A stretch of 64,000 bases of DNA, from assembly GCA_951406725.2 (NCBI GenBank), contig OX597834.1:17360001-17424000 (forward strand). The letters run 5' to 3'. The position numbers and the translations under genes are program-made. The DNA comes from Octopus vulgaris (Eukaryota). The notes below the pieces were generated by a model. That model ran no database searches, was not told where the DNA came from, and saw only the letters and a program-made list of their open reading frames with translations. Below, piece after piece: positions 26,251-37,610 of this stretch (within the stretch, counting starts at the first letter, position 1; every line of letters begins with the position of its first letter).

Positions 26251-29200
26251 GTATATATATCTATTTATATACACACACACACACATTTATTTTTCATAAA
26301 TTATCATTTCCTGAGTGTCAAACTAACATCCGCTCTGTATTTACTTTTTATCTTTGTGATGTATTTTTTTGTAACCTTTGCACCACATATGCCTGTAAAT
26401 ATCTGTGTATCTGTTTGTGTCTCTGTGCCTTGACATCACTTGATAGTTGTAAATGAACCTCACTGTTATACAAGCAGTGTCATTCATTTCTAGTATTTTG
26501 CAAGAACGTGTCTGGCAATGAAGAAATATTACCTTGCTGGGAAACAGGTGAGGGTTGGCAACCAGAAGGGCATCCAGCCATAGAAAATCTGCCTCAGTAA
26601 ACTTTGCCTGACCCATGTAGGCATGGAAAAGTGGATATTAAAATGGTGACGATGATAAAACAATGATATATGTGTAAATGTGACTGTATGTATTATTTGT
26701 ATTTCCTTGGCTTGAAGTAGCATCAAATCATCATCATCATCATCATTGTCTGTCTGTCTACCATGCGGGCATGGGTTGGATGGTTTGACAGGGCCCAACC
26801 AGGTTTCTGTGTTTGTTTACGCATGGTTTTTATGACTGGATTCCCTTCCTAACACCAACCACCCCACAGAATGGACTGAGTGCTTTTTACATGGCACCAG
26901 CACAGGTGAGGTCAGTTTTGGCAAGAGTTTTTACAGCTGGATGCCCTTCCAAATGCCAACCACTTCACAGTGTGGACCAAGTGCTTTTTAAGTAGCAATT
27001 GCACTGGCAGAGTCACCAAGTTACTTTGCAAGACAAAGAATTTTGAGAGGGGAGGGGACTTTGGAGGAGGTAATCTTGTGTCAGATGATGAAAGATTTGA
27101 GTGTGACAGAGAGACAGAGGCAGAAACAGGTGTCTTGGTATAGAGGAGGTACATGGTTACCTATCCAAGAGAGAGAGAGGAAGAGGAGGAGAGAGAGAGG
27201 AAGAGGAGGAGAGAGAGAGACAGAGAGAAGTAACAAGAAAGAAGACAAAGAGGTGTGCAAAGATTTATTATATAATAATAATATATGTCAGTGGTAATTT
27301 TGCTCATATCTTTTCCTACAGATTACACTGGGCCGTGCTACAAAGGACAATCATATTGATGTGAACTTATCATTAGAAGGACCAGCTTGGAAGATCTCGC
27401 GGTTACAGGGCATCATCAAACTCCGACACAACGGAGACTTTTTTATAGCTAATGAGGGCAAGAGACCTATTTATGTTGACAGTAAGCCAGTACCAACTGG
27501 TAGTAAACAGAAACTAAACAACAATGCTGTAGTAGAGGTCAGTGTCCTTATATTTCTTCCACACTCGTTTCATAAATGTCCTTTGTGATTGTTGACCGTT
27601 GATACTTTGAAGTAATGTTCATGTTATGTTGTCATTATAGCTGGTGGAGTATAGGTTCACATATCCATGTGAACCTAGTTTCATAAAGCTGGTTTAGTGA
27701 TGTATTGCTTGACTGGTTTCTTGACTATATTGACACACTTCTAGTCTCATTTTATTACGCTGTGTTGACACATCGAAGATTGACTTCTTGGCCCTATGTT
27801 GACATACTGCTAGTCTTACTTCATGACCCTATGTTGATACAATGCTAATTTGACCTCACGACCCTATATTGACACACTGCTAGATTGACCTCATGACCAT
27901 ATGTTGATACAATGTTAATCTGACCTTACAACCCTATATTGACAGACTGTTAGTCCGACCTCATGACCTTATGTTGATACAATGCTAGTCTGACCTTACG
28001 ACCCTATGTTAACAATGCTAATTTGACTTCAGACCCTATGTTGATACAGTGCTAATCTGACCTCATGATCCTATATTGACATACTGCTAGTCTGACTTCA
28101 TGACCCTATGTTGATATGATACCAGGCTGACCTCATGACCCTATGTTGACACAATACTAGACTGAGCTTATGACCCTATGTTGACACAATACTAGACTGA
28201 CCTCATGACCCTATGTTGACACAATGCTTGACTGACCTCATGACCCTATGTTGACACAATGCTTGACTGACCTCATGACCCTATGTTGACACAATGCTTG
28301 ACTGACCTCATGATTCTATGTTGACACCATACTAGACTGAGCTCATGACCTTATGTTGACACAATGCTTGACTGACCTCATGACCCTATGTTGACACAAT
28401 GCTTGACTGACTTTCTAAAACCTGGTTCCTATTACTTTATATCAACATATTGGACAGGATAGTTGGTATTGACATTATTTATGGACTAGTTTCCTCAATT
28501 CATAATGTTAATTTGGAGGTCAACTCTGATTGGGCAAATCTCTGATCAAATGCATTCCAGGCTTGACCATCCTGACTATTTAGGAGTATGTAGAACATCT
28601 TTTTTGTTTTTAATATTTTTCAAATGCTATGGTGTGGTTTGAGACATTTTTGGTTGCTGTTTCTATGAGATCTGGTGAACACATAAAACTACCTATGCCA
28701 TTGTTGTTGAGCCCTAGGCATTCTCTGATTGAGCTGGTTTATGATTGAAAATCCACCCAAGACCACCATGTCTTTATTAGGATCCATTAGCCAATCTACC
28801 TTTCTCTAAAGTAAATGACTTTTTTTGCCCGTCATGTATGTTTGTGTTAGTGCTTGTCCCCCATCATTACTTGACAACTGGTGTTAGTGTGTTTATGTCC
28901 CCTAACTTCATGTATGTGTGTATGGGAGGTGTGTCTGTGTTTTTTCCCCTCCACTGCTTGGCAGCTGTTGTTGGTTTGTTTATATCTATGTAACTTAGCA
29001 GTCCAGCAAAAGTGATCAATAGAATAAATACCAGGCTTTAAAAAATAAAAAAAGGTAATTCATTCGACTAAAAATTCTTCAAGGCAGTGCCCCAGCATGG
29101 CCACAGTCTAATGATTGAAAGAAGTAAAAGATAAAAGATTAAAACAATGATGAAGAGGATGATATGTTTATATATTATGTCATCATCTTCATCATCATCT

Positions 29201-31674
29201 TCTAATATTTGTCTAAGGCGGTAAGCTGGCAGAAACATTAGCACATCAGGTGAAATGTTTAGCAGTATTTCATCTGTCTTTATATTCTGAGTTCAAATTC
29301 TGCTGAGGTCAACTTTGCCTTTAATCCTTTCAAGATCGATAAATTAAATACCAGTTAAGTACTGGGGTCAATTTAATCGACTGGCCTCCTCCCCAGAAAT
29401 TTCGGGCCTTGTGCCTAGAGTAGAAATGAATATTTGTCTTCCATACTGACATGGGTTGGGCAGTTTCACAAGGATCCTAGGAGAGGACTGTGCAGTGCTC
29501 CAGTTCCTTCTTCCACATGGTTTCTATGACTTGATATCTTTCCTGATGCCAAGCATTTTATGGAGAGCAAAGGGTGGGTTTTTTTTGCTAAAGAGATGTT
29601 TGTGGGATCGGAGAATGCTTGACAAAATTTTGTGAGAGAGGGGCAGTCGTATATGTATACATAATGCTTTGTGAACCTTGGTTTCTGGGTGAGATGAGTG
29701 GGTTTTCTTGTGGTCATCAGCATATAGCAATTTCCATGAGCAACCAGTCTTAGACTGTTCTGTTATTGCCTGAAGGACTATTAATGAATAGGAGCGGATT
29801 GTGAACCAATCCCTGATGTACTCCTCTCTGCATATTAAATTCATCACTTTCACTCTCATCTCACTGACAGCATCCTTATACATGCCTTCTACGGCCATTT
29901 GGGTATTTCTAGTTTCCTCACAAGCCATTCATCTACATTTAGCTTCCTTAGGGACCACAAGATCACAGTGCAAGGGATTATGTTGAGGGCTTTCTACAGG
30001 ACATCAAAATGCTAAGTACTAAGACTTGGTTTACTTTTAGCCGAATACTTCTGCATTTGCCTCACAAAGAAGAGGGCGTCTGTCCTACTTTGCCCTGGCA
30101 CAAAGCCAAATAGCATCTCTTCAAGTTTCACTCTTCCTGTAATTCATCAAGCTAAAAATTTTTCCATAGCTGCCATGACCCCATGAAGTACTTGGGTGCC
30201 TTTATAATTACATTTCTAAGGTATCTCCTTAATAAAAATAATAATAATGAAATTATTGTATACAGTGCTCAGGTGCACCACAACTTGTCAGAAAGTGCAT
30301 ATAAAGTATATGCAGTAATGTACAAATGTCTAGAAAGCGAACAATGTATGAGTCAGATACATGCTTGTGTGTGTATGGAGGGGAGAAAATCAGGTGTAGT
30401 GTTGGCGAATCTCAGGAAGCATGGAAGTTTTGAAGAATGCAGTGCTCCGACAAACAACTGATGCCGGCAGTTTGTTCCATGCTTCAGCTACTCTCAGCAT
30501 GAAAAAATGTTTCCTAAAGTCATGGGAGCTGTGTTGTTTTCTGACTTTGTAAACATGTCCACGGGTGTTAGACGGGTGGAGTTTGAAAAGGCGCTCAGAT
30601 GTTCGCAACAGTTGACAATAATGCTGTTGTGACAGTCATTTGGTATGACCCCTACTTTTATAACCTGATTGACTGTCTAGACCAGTGGTTCTCAACCAGG
30701 GTCCATCTAAGATTTTGCTGTTAAAATTTATTGGCAATAAACTGGTTATACTTCTACAATGCACAAAATATTTTTTACAATTATTCGTAACAATATTTAA
30801 TTATAAAACTATAATAGGATCTTTTAACCATTTAGCATTTAAACCGGCCATATCTGGCCAAAAGTATTCTGCCTGTTTTATGTTCAAACTGACCAGGTCT
30901 GACCGCTCATACCAACCCTACAATATCGTTTTAAAAATTAACAGCCACCTCATCAAAATCTCATAGCTACAAGATTAATGCATGATTAGTTCAAGATAAA
31001 GTGGATGAAAAAGCATTAATTTTTGTAGAATAATGCAAACACTAAAGGGTTAAACATCAAATGGCTAGGAGGGTCCACTCAAGGGGTCCACTGAAAAAAA
31101 AAACACTGATCAAGGTTGTATCCTACATATACCATCAAATATTTTAAGTGTTCCAACAATAATTTCTGGTGGTCCAGGGGCTACACCTGCTTTCTCATCC
31201 CTTATTGCTTTAGCAGTCTGTCTGTTTCTCTGTCTGTCTATCCCTATCTGTCACATTATTAGGTAATACTTAGCTACTATTTCTAGCTGGTCAGTCAGTC
31301 ATATGGAGGCTGTCTTGTTGGCTTGTTTTATAGTATTTTATTTAGTTCCAAGACTAACATGCCATCAAAAGCATTCCCTCTTTTTCTTCTGTCTTCATCT
31401 TGAACTGCATCATCTGATGTATACCTGCCTTATTAAAAAGTAGAGGAGAATTGGTGTTTTCATAGAAGGTTCCCCTCTTTCAGTTTTTTTTTTTTCTTCT
31501 TCTTTGCTTCCTAAAAACATCCAGACTATTTCAGAATCAACCAGTCTTCCAATTCTGTGTATTTTTTTTCCCTTCCAGATATCGTGTTTGCGGTTCATTT
31601 TTCTAATTAACCAAGACCTTGTGAATGTAATTCGTGCTGAGGCGCAGAAAATGGCTGGCCCCCACGGGACGTGA
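4611..31674 (+). CDS. MCRS1: Microspherule protein 1 (MCRS1/MSP58, NSL and INO80 complex subunit with C-terminal FHA domain); 12 coding exons: 4611-4838, 7430-7468, 9680-9772, 12536-12645, 14642-14750, 15629-15767, 17172-17247, 19878-19906, 22175-22267, 23223-23305, 27322-27537, 31579-31674; 436 aa
   Basis: Hand-spliced exons all have AG/GT borders and consistent phases and sum to 1311 nt ending in TGA. Recognisable MCRS1 motifs: [93 protein letters not shown]. An in-frame TGA at 4599-4601 supports 4611 as the start codon. Confidence 0.97.
4955..5201 (-). mobile_element. tRNA-derived SINE family D (relatives ~24890-25190, 25790-25960, 37300-37480, 51060-51460, 55730-55950; head-only copy 41548-41626)
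   Basis: Minus strand TGGCTTAGTGG head followed by TTCTTGAGCAAAACACTT...GCTCCAGTCCACTCAGCTG. Confidence 0.65.
5280..5406. repeat. ~127-bp imperfect palindrome containing a hammerhead remnant
   Basis: Arms ~5280-5333 and ~5354-5406; minus strand reads TTGATGA...CCATAA/TTATGG...GAAAC-CATTG-GTC. Confidence 0.7.
6190..6520 (-). mobile_element. (GAT)n-tailed retroposon family C
   Basis: Tandem GTGCCGGTGGCACGTAAAAAGCACC units, then GGTTGGCGTTAGGAAGGGCATCCAGC and CATGCTAGCATGGAAAGC..ACG(ATG)n. Confidence 0.8.
6940..7172 (+). mobile_element. tRNA-derived SINE family B (other copies ~12015-12200, 22385-22560, 25545-25750, 29215-29430, 38266-38480)
   Basis: GGCGGCGAGCT head, GAGTTCAAATTC B box, conserved central GCCTTTCATCCTTTCGGGGTC.ATAAATTAAGTACCAG domain. 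Confidence 0.8.
7430..7468 (+). CDS. MCRS1: MCRS1 coding exon 2 (39 nt, [13 protein letters not shown])
   Basis: Long poly-T tract plus GCAG acceptor, AAG|GTATTG donor, phase 0-0, basic NLS-like peptide. Confidence 0.8.
8660..8960 (+). mobile_element. Retroposon family C (roughly 20 further copies, e.g. 12225-12470, 16480-16975, 23640-23835, 26720-27180, 44720-44940, 51520-51770, 52520-52790, 55430-55606, 59395-60260, 63020-63340)
   Basis: Same motifs as 6190-6520 in the opposite orientation. Confidence 0.8.
9680..9772 (+). CDS. MCRS1: MCRS1 coding exon 3 (DVTP...[20 protein letters not shown])
   Basis: CCCCAG acceptor, GTGAGT donor, conserved start of the MCRS N-terminal domain. Confidence 0.96.
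11423..11640. mobile_element. piggyBac-type MITE family P1 (other copies ~10760-10970, 34667-34890, 36918-37140, and split copies ~3500-4058 and ~16213-17090)
   Basis: TTAA-CCCTTTAGTGTT...AACACTAAAGGG-TTAA. Confidence 0.8.
12536..12645 (+). CDS. MCRS1: MCRS1 coding exon 4 ([36 protein letters not shown])
   Basis: TTTCAG acceptor, GTAAGT donor, conserved motif. Confidence 0.96.
13409..13549. repeat. ~140-bp near-perfect palindrome, part of a probable non-autonomous DNA element extending to ~13765
   Basis: AATACCAAAC...GTATCTAAC-gagcgaaagtga-GTTAGATAC...GTTTGGTATT, followed by a second IR pair TTATTACACAC / GTGTGTAATAA (~13554 and ~13754). Confidence 0.8.
14642..14750 (+). CDS. MCRS1: MCRS1 coding exon 5 ([11 protein letters not shown]...LGKVTS)
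   Basis: CCACAG acceptor, GTAAGT donor, phase matches exon 4. Confidence 0.96.
15629..15767 (+). CDS. MCRS1: MCRS1 coding exon 6 ([13 protein letters not shown]...[15 protein letters not shown])
   Basis: CTCCAG acceptor, GTAAAT donor, conserved motif. Confidence 0.96.
15830..16050. mobile_element. piggyBac-type MITE, family P2
   Basis: TTAA-CCCTTTC...GAAAGGG-TTAA; similar to 1474-1694. Confidence 0.8.
17172..17247 (+). CDS. MCRS1: MCRS1 coding exon 7 ([25 protein letters not shown])
   Basis: CTATAG acceptor, GTAAGT donor, conserved VLNFSD motif. Confidence 0.96.
17408..17640 (-). mobile_element. SINE family B, full copy
   Basis: Reverse complement of the 6940-7172 family. Confidence 0.8.
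18083..18720 (-). mobile_element. Penelope-like retroelement RT fragment in a ~640-bp inverted duplication
   Basis: ORF 18204-18434 ([41 protein letters not shown]) matches the PLE RT motif 7/thumb pattern. Arms ~18083-18350 and ~18447-18720 are reverse complements. Confidence 0.75.
18995..19440 (+). repeat. Degenerate ~22-26 bp tandem array of the family C module
   Basis: Repeated GCACTTGTGCCAGTTCCACATT-like units leading into a family C 3' end. Confidence 0.7.
19878..19906 (+). CDS. MCRS1: MCRS1 coding exon 8 (29-nt very short exon, DPRDEVLEH)
   Basis: TTGCAG acceptor, GTAAAG donor; needed to bridge the phases of exons 7 and 9; matches the RDEVLEH motif of MCRS1. Confidence 0.93.
19918..20020. 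mobile_element. Short piggyBac-type MITE family P3 (related pieces ~9340, ~13795-13990, ~36540-36800)
   Basis: TTAA-CCCTTTT...GGTATCAAAAGGG-TTAA. Confidence 0.6.
20108..20510 (-). mobile_element. SINE family A full copy
   Basis: Highly similar to 815-1226. Confidence 0.85.
20573..20959 (+). mobile_element. Internally deleted Tc1-like DNA transposon
   Basis: 23-bp TIRs CTGTGTGAAAAGTCTGGCTGCAT / ATGCAGCCAGACTTTTCACACAG; ORF 20686-20889 resembles a Tc1 transposase C-terminus ([18 protein letters not shown]...IVDCRGG). Confidence 0.75.
21250..21795 (-). mobile_element. CR1-clade LINE 3' fragment
   Basis: RPILEYG...[38 protein letters not shown]...GDLI, with a short tandem-repeat tail. Confidence 0.85.
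22175..22267 (+). CDS. MCRS1: MCRS1 coding exon 9 ([31 protein letters not shown], coiled coil)
   Basis: TTTCAG acceptor, GTAAAT donor, conserved motif. Confidence 0.96.
23223..23305 (+). CDS. MCRS1: MCRS1 coding exon 10 ([28 protein letters not shown])
   Basis: TTGCAG acceptor, GTAAGT donor, highly conserved motif. Confidence 0.97.
24440..24879 (-). mobile_element. SINE family A full copy
   Basis: Highly similar to 815-1226. Confidence 0.85.
27322..27537 (+). CDS. MCRS1: MCRS1 coding exon 11 (FHA domain core, ITLGR...NNNAVVE)
   Basis: CTACAG acceptor, GTCAGT donor, FHA GR...SR motifs. Confidence 0.97.
27720..28412. repeat. 35-bp minisatellite, about 20 units, in MCRS1 intron 11
   Basis: Unit CTGACCTCATGACCCTATGTTGACACAATGCTTGA; period measured between 28197 and 28232. 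Confidence 0.92.
29700..30185 (-). mobile_element. Decayed RTE-type LINE RT fragment
   Basis: MYKDAVS.MRV...[20 protein letters not shown], frameshifted. Confidence 0.7.
30236..30610 (-). mobile_element. CR1-clade LINE 3' end
   Basis: [34 protein letters not shown], with an (ATT)n tail. Confidence 0.85.
30828..31049. mobile_element. piggyBac-type MITE P1 nested in a decayed hAT-like MITE (~30683-31108)
   Basis: TTAA flanks; the host element begins CAGTGGTTCTCAACC, a hAT-like terminus. Confidence 0.65.
31579..31674 (+). CDS. MCRS1: MCRS1 last coding exon ([31 protein letters not shown])
   Basis: TTCCAG acceptor, conserved C-terminus, TGA at 31672-31674. Confidence 0.96.
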   Translation: MSCLRFIFLINQDLVNVIRAEAQKMAGPHGT

Positions 31675-31960
31675 CAGCGGCTCAATATTCAGCACAAAAA
31701 ACACACGAAAGCAATGTCGAACTAGACACAAGATGGCCACAGCGATATATCATCCACATGGACATTCTCATAGCCACATCCTCCGGCCAGCTTTTCCAAT
31801 CATAGACATACCTGCATACAGACACATGTCTGTGTGTGGGATAAAACAAGATATATCTACATATAAACATGCATATATAGAAATACATCATACAAATATA
31901 GAATGTGTATGTGTATATAAATATATGTGTGTATGTGAGTATATATGCGTGTGTGTTGTG

Positions 31961-32000
<40 letters not shown>

Positions 32001-32077
32001 CTGTGTCTGTGCATGTTAATGTATAAATATATATTTCTTATATAAGTTTTGTGAATATTATACATTAGGAATGAATG

Positions 32078-32113
<36 letters not shown>

Positions 32114-32215
32114 ATAGAATTTTTCATATGTATTATACACATTGCATATATATATATATATGGTGTATATGTACTTAATACAATCTACATGTGTGTATTT
32201 GTAATAGGGACATAA

Positions 32216-32246
<31 letters not shown>

Positions 32247-32345
32247 CATAGATATTTATATATATGCATGAGTATGTATATATGTGTGTGCATATATATG
32301 TGTATGTAAAATACATAAAATTAAATATTCATAACTTTGTGTTCT

Positions 32346-32399
<54 letters not shown>

Positions 32400-32508
32400 A
32401 ATACATGTGCATGAGCACTCACGCATAACCATGCATGCACCTATGTATACATATATATATATACACACACACAGGGCAGGAGATTATATATATACACATC
32501 TTTCTCGA

Positions 32509-32555
<47 letters not shown>

Positions 32556-35500
32556 CAGGTATATGCATACATATTTATGTGTGTTCATGTACATATATAA
32601 ATATTTGTGCATCTATAAATTTTAGATAATATATATATATGTATGTATATATATATAAACGCACACACACACATTCCTACGCACCTATCCTAGATATATT
32701 ATAAATGTATATGTATGTAATTCGTATTCTGTACACATGTGGTACATATAATGTGTATTCTTTCTATACAGTACACACGCACACATATATTTACTATATA
32801 TATGTTTATACATGTAATATAATCAGACTACATATATGTACCCTCTCTCTCTATGTATACACATAGCCACACACGCACACACACATATATATGTATACTC
32901 CCACCCATACTTTAACTTATATGTATGTGTAATATATATGTATGTGTAATATATATGTGTATATAATATATGTATGTTTGATATATGTGTATATACTATA
33001 TATGTATGTATAATATATATATATATATATATATATATGATTATGTGTGTTTAAATTGCAGAAAAAAAAAACTATAATTAATTTCAACCCTTTTCCTCCA
33101 TATCTGAATAAGACAAAAGGAAGAAAAAAAAATGTCTTTTTCTTAAGTGACTGAAAACACTAATGGCGGATGTCCAGAAAATTTACATTTAATAACAAGA
33201 ATTATTTAAAAAATTTGTCTGGAGTTTGATTTAGTACTAAGTTGCTTGTGTCCTTTCAACAGGAAAGAGATTTCCCCTTGCAGGAGACCCTTCTCAGCTG
33301 TTCTGTTGTGTTGAATTAGTCTTGTAATTAACTCCCCCCCCCCCCGTCTTCATTTTTTTTTTTTTTTTTTTTTTTGGTATTGTATGTAAGTGCACTGTAG
33401 TAGCTGGGTATTGGTGGCCTCTCATAGACATGCATTTTCCATCAATATCTCTAGCATATATCTTAACAACTTATCACTGTTCCCCCGGTGTCTCTTTAGA
33501 ATTTAGGGCTGTGTGATGTGCATATATTACTCAGCCTGTCAGCTGTTGGCGGTCTCTGAAGTACTCCACATACTGCTCATGTCAACTGATAGCTGTTAGA
33601 AGTATTCCTTATAATATATGGTCCCCTCAGCTAACAGATATATGAAGTATTCCTTGCAATGGACCATATCACCTGATAGCTATGTGAAGTACTCTTTATC
33701 CTGGTAGTTTCAGCTGATAGCGACTTGAAATACTCCATGTAACTGGTCCTCTCAGGTAACGGATATGTGAAGCACTCTTTACAATGGGTCATATTCCCTG
33801 ATGGTTAAGTGAAGTAGGCCTTACACTACTTGTATCAGCTGATAGCTGGTTGAAGTATGCCTTATAAATGATCCTGCCAGCTAATAGCTATTAGAAGTAC
33901 TCATTTCAAATGGTCCTGTCAGCTAGTGGTATTTGAAGTGTCCCTTACCATTGCATATATCAGCTGTATAGTCCTCTACTAAAGGGCTGTGTGACCTATG
34001 TCCTAGAACTAGTCCTGGCAGCCCTTGATCTTGTGAAGTACCCTTTATAACTGGGCCTGTCAATTGACTTTTTGAAGTCCTTTTTATAACTTAGCCTCTC
34101 AGCTAATGGCTTTGTGAAATACCCTTTTGTAACTGGGCCTATCACCTAATAGCTTTGTCAGGTACCCTTTACAACTGGGCCTATCAGCTAATGACTGTGA
34201 AGTATTGCTCACAACTTGGTTTCTCATCCATAGAATGTGAGAAGTTCTCTATTGGACCTTGTCAGCTTTTGCTGTTGAGAGCTTTTTACAGCTGGATCTT
34301 CTCAAGTAATGGTTCTATAAAAGATTTCTTGCAGCTGGGCCTGTCAACTGGTATCAGTGAACGAGCTGTTTAATGGCTGTGGATAGGATGGATTAAAAGA
34401 TGTTTTTTTTTTATCAATGAGTTGATCGTGGATATTATCTTTTAGATTCAAAGTAAATGTGCAATGGACACTGGGAGTGTTATCTGATAACAGGCTATGA
34501 ATAATCTCTTATAGAACCAAATTTGTCAACTGGTGGCCTCTATTGGTCTGTCTTATTGAGAGCAAACTTGTCAACCAGTGGTGTCTCTCTCTCTTAGAAC
34601 TAGACTGGTCAATCATTGGTTGTCAGTGGTCTTTTATAAGACCAAACTTGTCAGCCAATAGGTTATTAACCATTAGCATTTACATAACTCAGTCAAATGT
34701 AATGATTATTTATTCACATGGTTTTGAATTAAAATTATGCATTATCTCATATTTTGAAATACTGATGAGGTGATTTATTTTTTAAAATGACATTGTATGG
34801 TGGATGTGAGAGGGCCAGATCTAGCTGGTTCAAACTTAAAAACTGGTAGGATATTTGGACCAGATATGGCCAGTTTAAAAGCAAAAGGACCGATGATCTT
34901 AGAGCCAAACTTAGACAATAGCCAGTGACTGGTGGCCCTCATCATAGTAAAACCATGTCAGCATTGGTTGGCGGCTTACTTGGGCCAACTAATCTCTACA
35001 TTTGCTAGTTACCCATTTAAGTAATTAAAACTCCAAAACTCCATTGCACGATATCTAACAGCAGTTTGTGGCTGGCTGCACTTGTCTTGTTGTAGGTCCT
35101 TGAGCTTCTTAACGTGCAATCTCCACTGGTTATAATCTCGTGGGCATTTGTAATGTGTCATTTGTTGTTGTGTTTGTTTGTTGACAGTGTATTTAGTTTT
35201 GTTCATTTTGATCCCTGTCTTGATCCTAAATATTGCCCTGCAATGCCAAATGTTTATATGTATGTATGTGTATATGTATGTTAGTGTGTGTGTGTGCTTT
35301 TGTGTTGTTGTCTCCCCCTACTCAGCTCTTCAGGAGCTGAGATAATATTATGCATGTGCTGTTTGTAAGATTTAACACAAACATTTGGCCCTTAACTTTT
35401 TATAAGGGCCATAGGAAGTTTGATCTTGATGGAGAATTGGCTGCTATAGTTAATTAGTTCAAATGATTACATAAAAGCTCTCTTGCCTGCTCATTTGTAT

Positions 35501-36200
35501 GTGTGTGTGTGAGTGTATATGTGTCTGTTTTTATCATTTCATTTATGGGGTTGGCATCACCTTAACTATTAGTCTGGTATTCTCCTGTGCCTTGGTCTTT
35601 TTGTTGTTGTAAATTCTTTGTTTTTTTATATATATATATATATATTTAAAAAAATATACTTAAAAAAAAAGCCCAAACAAAATCCATGAAAATCTCATTT
35701 CAAATCTGATCACACCTCATCCTCAAACTCAATCACCTCTCATTACTCTAAACTCCATATTAAATGATCTCTTTCCAAAATATATGTGCCTCTCGGAGTG
35801 TCCGTGCGTCTCAAACGAAAAAAAAAAAAAGAGAAAAAATACAAAAAAGTCTGTACTTTTTATGTGTTTGTGTCTGTTTTATTATTTGTTTGTTATTATT
35901 TTTTGTCAATCAAACTCTGAAGACGTTTTCTTTATTTTGCATTTTTTATTTTTCTTATATGAATTTTTTTTCTCAACTTTAACCTCAATTTTTATTTAAT
36001 TTAAAATAGATTTTTAACATTTTTTTTTTCAAATATCCTCCCCCAAAACTTATTTTTTACTGCACTTTAAACATTTGTAAAAGTTTTTATTTACTATATA
36101 AATCAATGAAATTTCAAAAATGTGAATGATAAAATGTTTTTTTTTTATTGTTTTTCATTATTATTCTTCTGTTGCATTTACATAATCTTTATTTTGTTTT
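31675..36200 (+). other. Probable long MCRS1 3' UTR (end uncertain)
   Basis: About 4.5 kb after the stop codon lacks the SINE copies that occur every 1-2 kb elsewhere and ends in a U-rich tract. I saw no clean AATAAA near the end. Confidence 0.4.
33520..34370. repeat. Diverged ~40-42 bp tandem array, about 20 units
   Basis: Units like AACTGGGCCTATCAGCTAATAGCTTTGTGAAGTACCCTTT recur (e.g. 34049, 34088, 34131, 34173). Confidence 0.8.
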
Positions 36201-37610
36201 TACTTTATTTAATTTTGCATTCACACTTTTCAAACTGAAACAAGAACATACGCAAAATTATTTTAAAACTATGATGCACAGCTCTGGCAATGTTTTGACT
36301 CTATAAACACACGCACACACACACAGACATTTATGTGCACACAGGTCCCTTGTACACTTTGTTAAATACACATCTGTACTTTACTAAAGTATTTGATATT
36401 TACCTTGTGTAAGAAAATTATTAAGGGTTTCTAGTTGTTGGTGAGTAGTTCCATTCGTCTTCCTAAGAGCAAACCTTGTACATCAGTGTTTCTTTATCAG
36501 GGATTGCATTCAACCCTGGGATTTCACAAGTTGTTTAACCCTTTTGATACCAAACTATCCAAGACTGTGCTTGGCTCTATTGATATAAAATTCTTGTTTT
36601 ATAGTGATCTAAATTAAAACATTTCATCAGAATTTCATGTAAATTTGTGTCTCAAACACCATCTTAATAATGACAAAATTATTTTATTGAATTCTTCGTT
36701 ATTTCCAAAAGTTAATTGAAAAGAATGTATCTGCAGTGGATGGTTTATTTTTTGTTTGTTTTTTTGTTTTGTTCCATCCCCACCCCACCAAAAGAGTTAA
36801 AAGAGTTTGTGAGGTGGAAATGAAATGAAAATTTATGTATGAAGAAATATTACCTTGCTTGGAAACAAGTGAGGGTTGGCAACAGGTAGGGCATCCAGCC
36901 ACAGGGAATCTGCTCTAAAACTCTTTAGCATTCACATTATTCTGTCAAAAGCAATGCTTATTTATTCACATTGTTTTAAAATTAATCAGGCATTATCCTG
37001 TAGCTTTGAGATTTTGACGAGGTAACTTAATTTCTAGAATTATATTGTAGGGATGGTGTGAGAAGCCAGATCTGGCCATTTTGAACATAAAGCAGCTAGA
37101 ATGCTTTGGTTGGATATAGCTGATTTAAATGCTAAAGGGTTGATAAACTCTGTGTGACCCATGCAAACATGGAAAAGTGGACGTTGGAACGACAAGGATG
37201 TTGAAAGCAAATACTTTGAGAGGAGGAGGTGGTGGAGAAAGAAATTACCATTAGAGGTTCAGAAGATCATATCTTATCACAAACCCACAGAAAGAACCAG
37301 TTAAATATTTAATGGTAGTCCAAGAAAGACAGCTCCACGAACTGCATCGATGATTTGTTTATTGTGATCAAGTGTTTTCACATTGCAACAACAAGTACAT
37401 GGTGTACCACGCATCAGATGTTGAAGTGGTTTCAGAGCAATGTGTGATGAGGTATTTTGCTCAAGAACACAATACTCTGTGTTCAAAATGCAAAAGAGTT
37501 GAAGTCAAAGTTTGGTTTTGTGTTGTGCCCATAACTGTGTCTGTAGCCAAAAATCCTTAACTTTCAAAGGATTAACCCACCAAGTTGTTGTTCAGCCCCT
37601 TCAGTCCACT

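Noticed and set aside
27720-28412. CRISPR-like regular repeats (also 33520-34370 and 50075-50365)
   Set aside because: Units are contiguous without unique spacers, there are no cas genes, and the context is eukaryotic.
31634-32026. 130-aa ORF overlapping the MCRS1 stop
   Set aside because: Alternative frame running into 3' UTR microsatellites.
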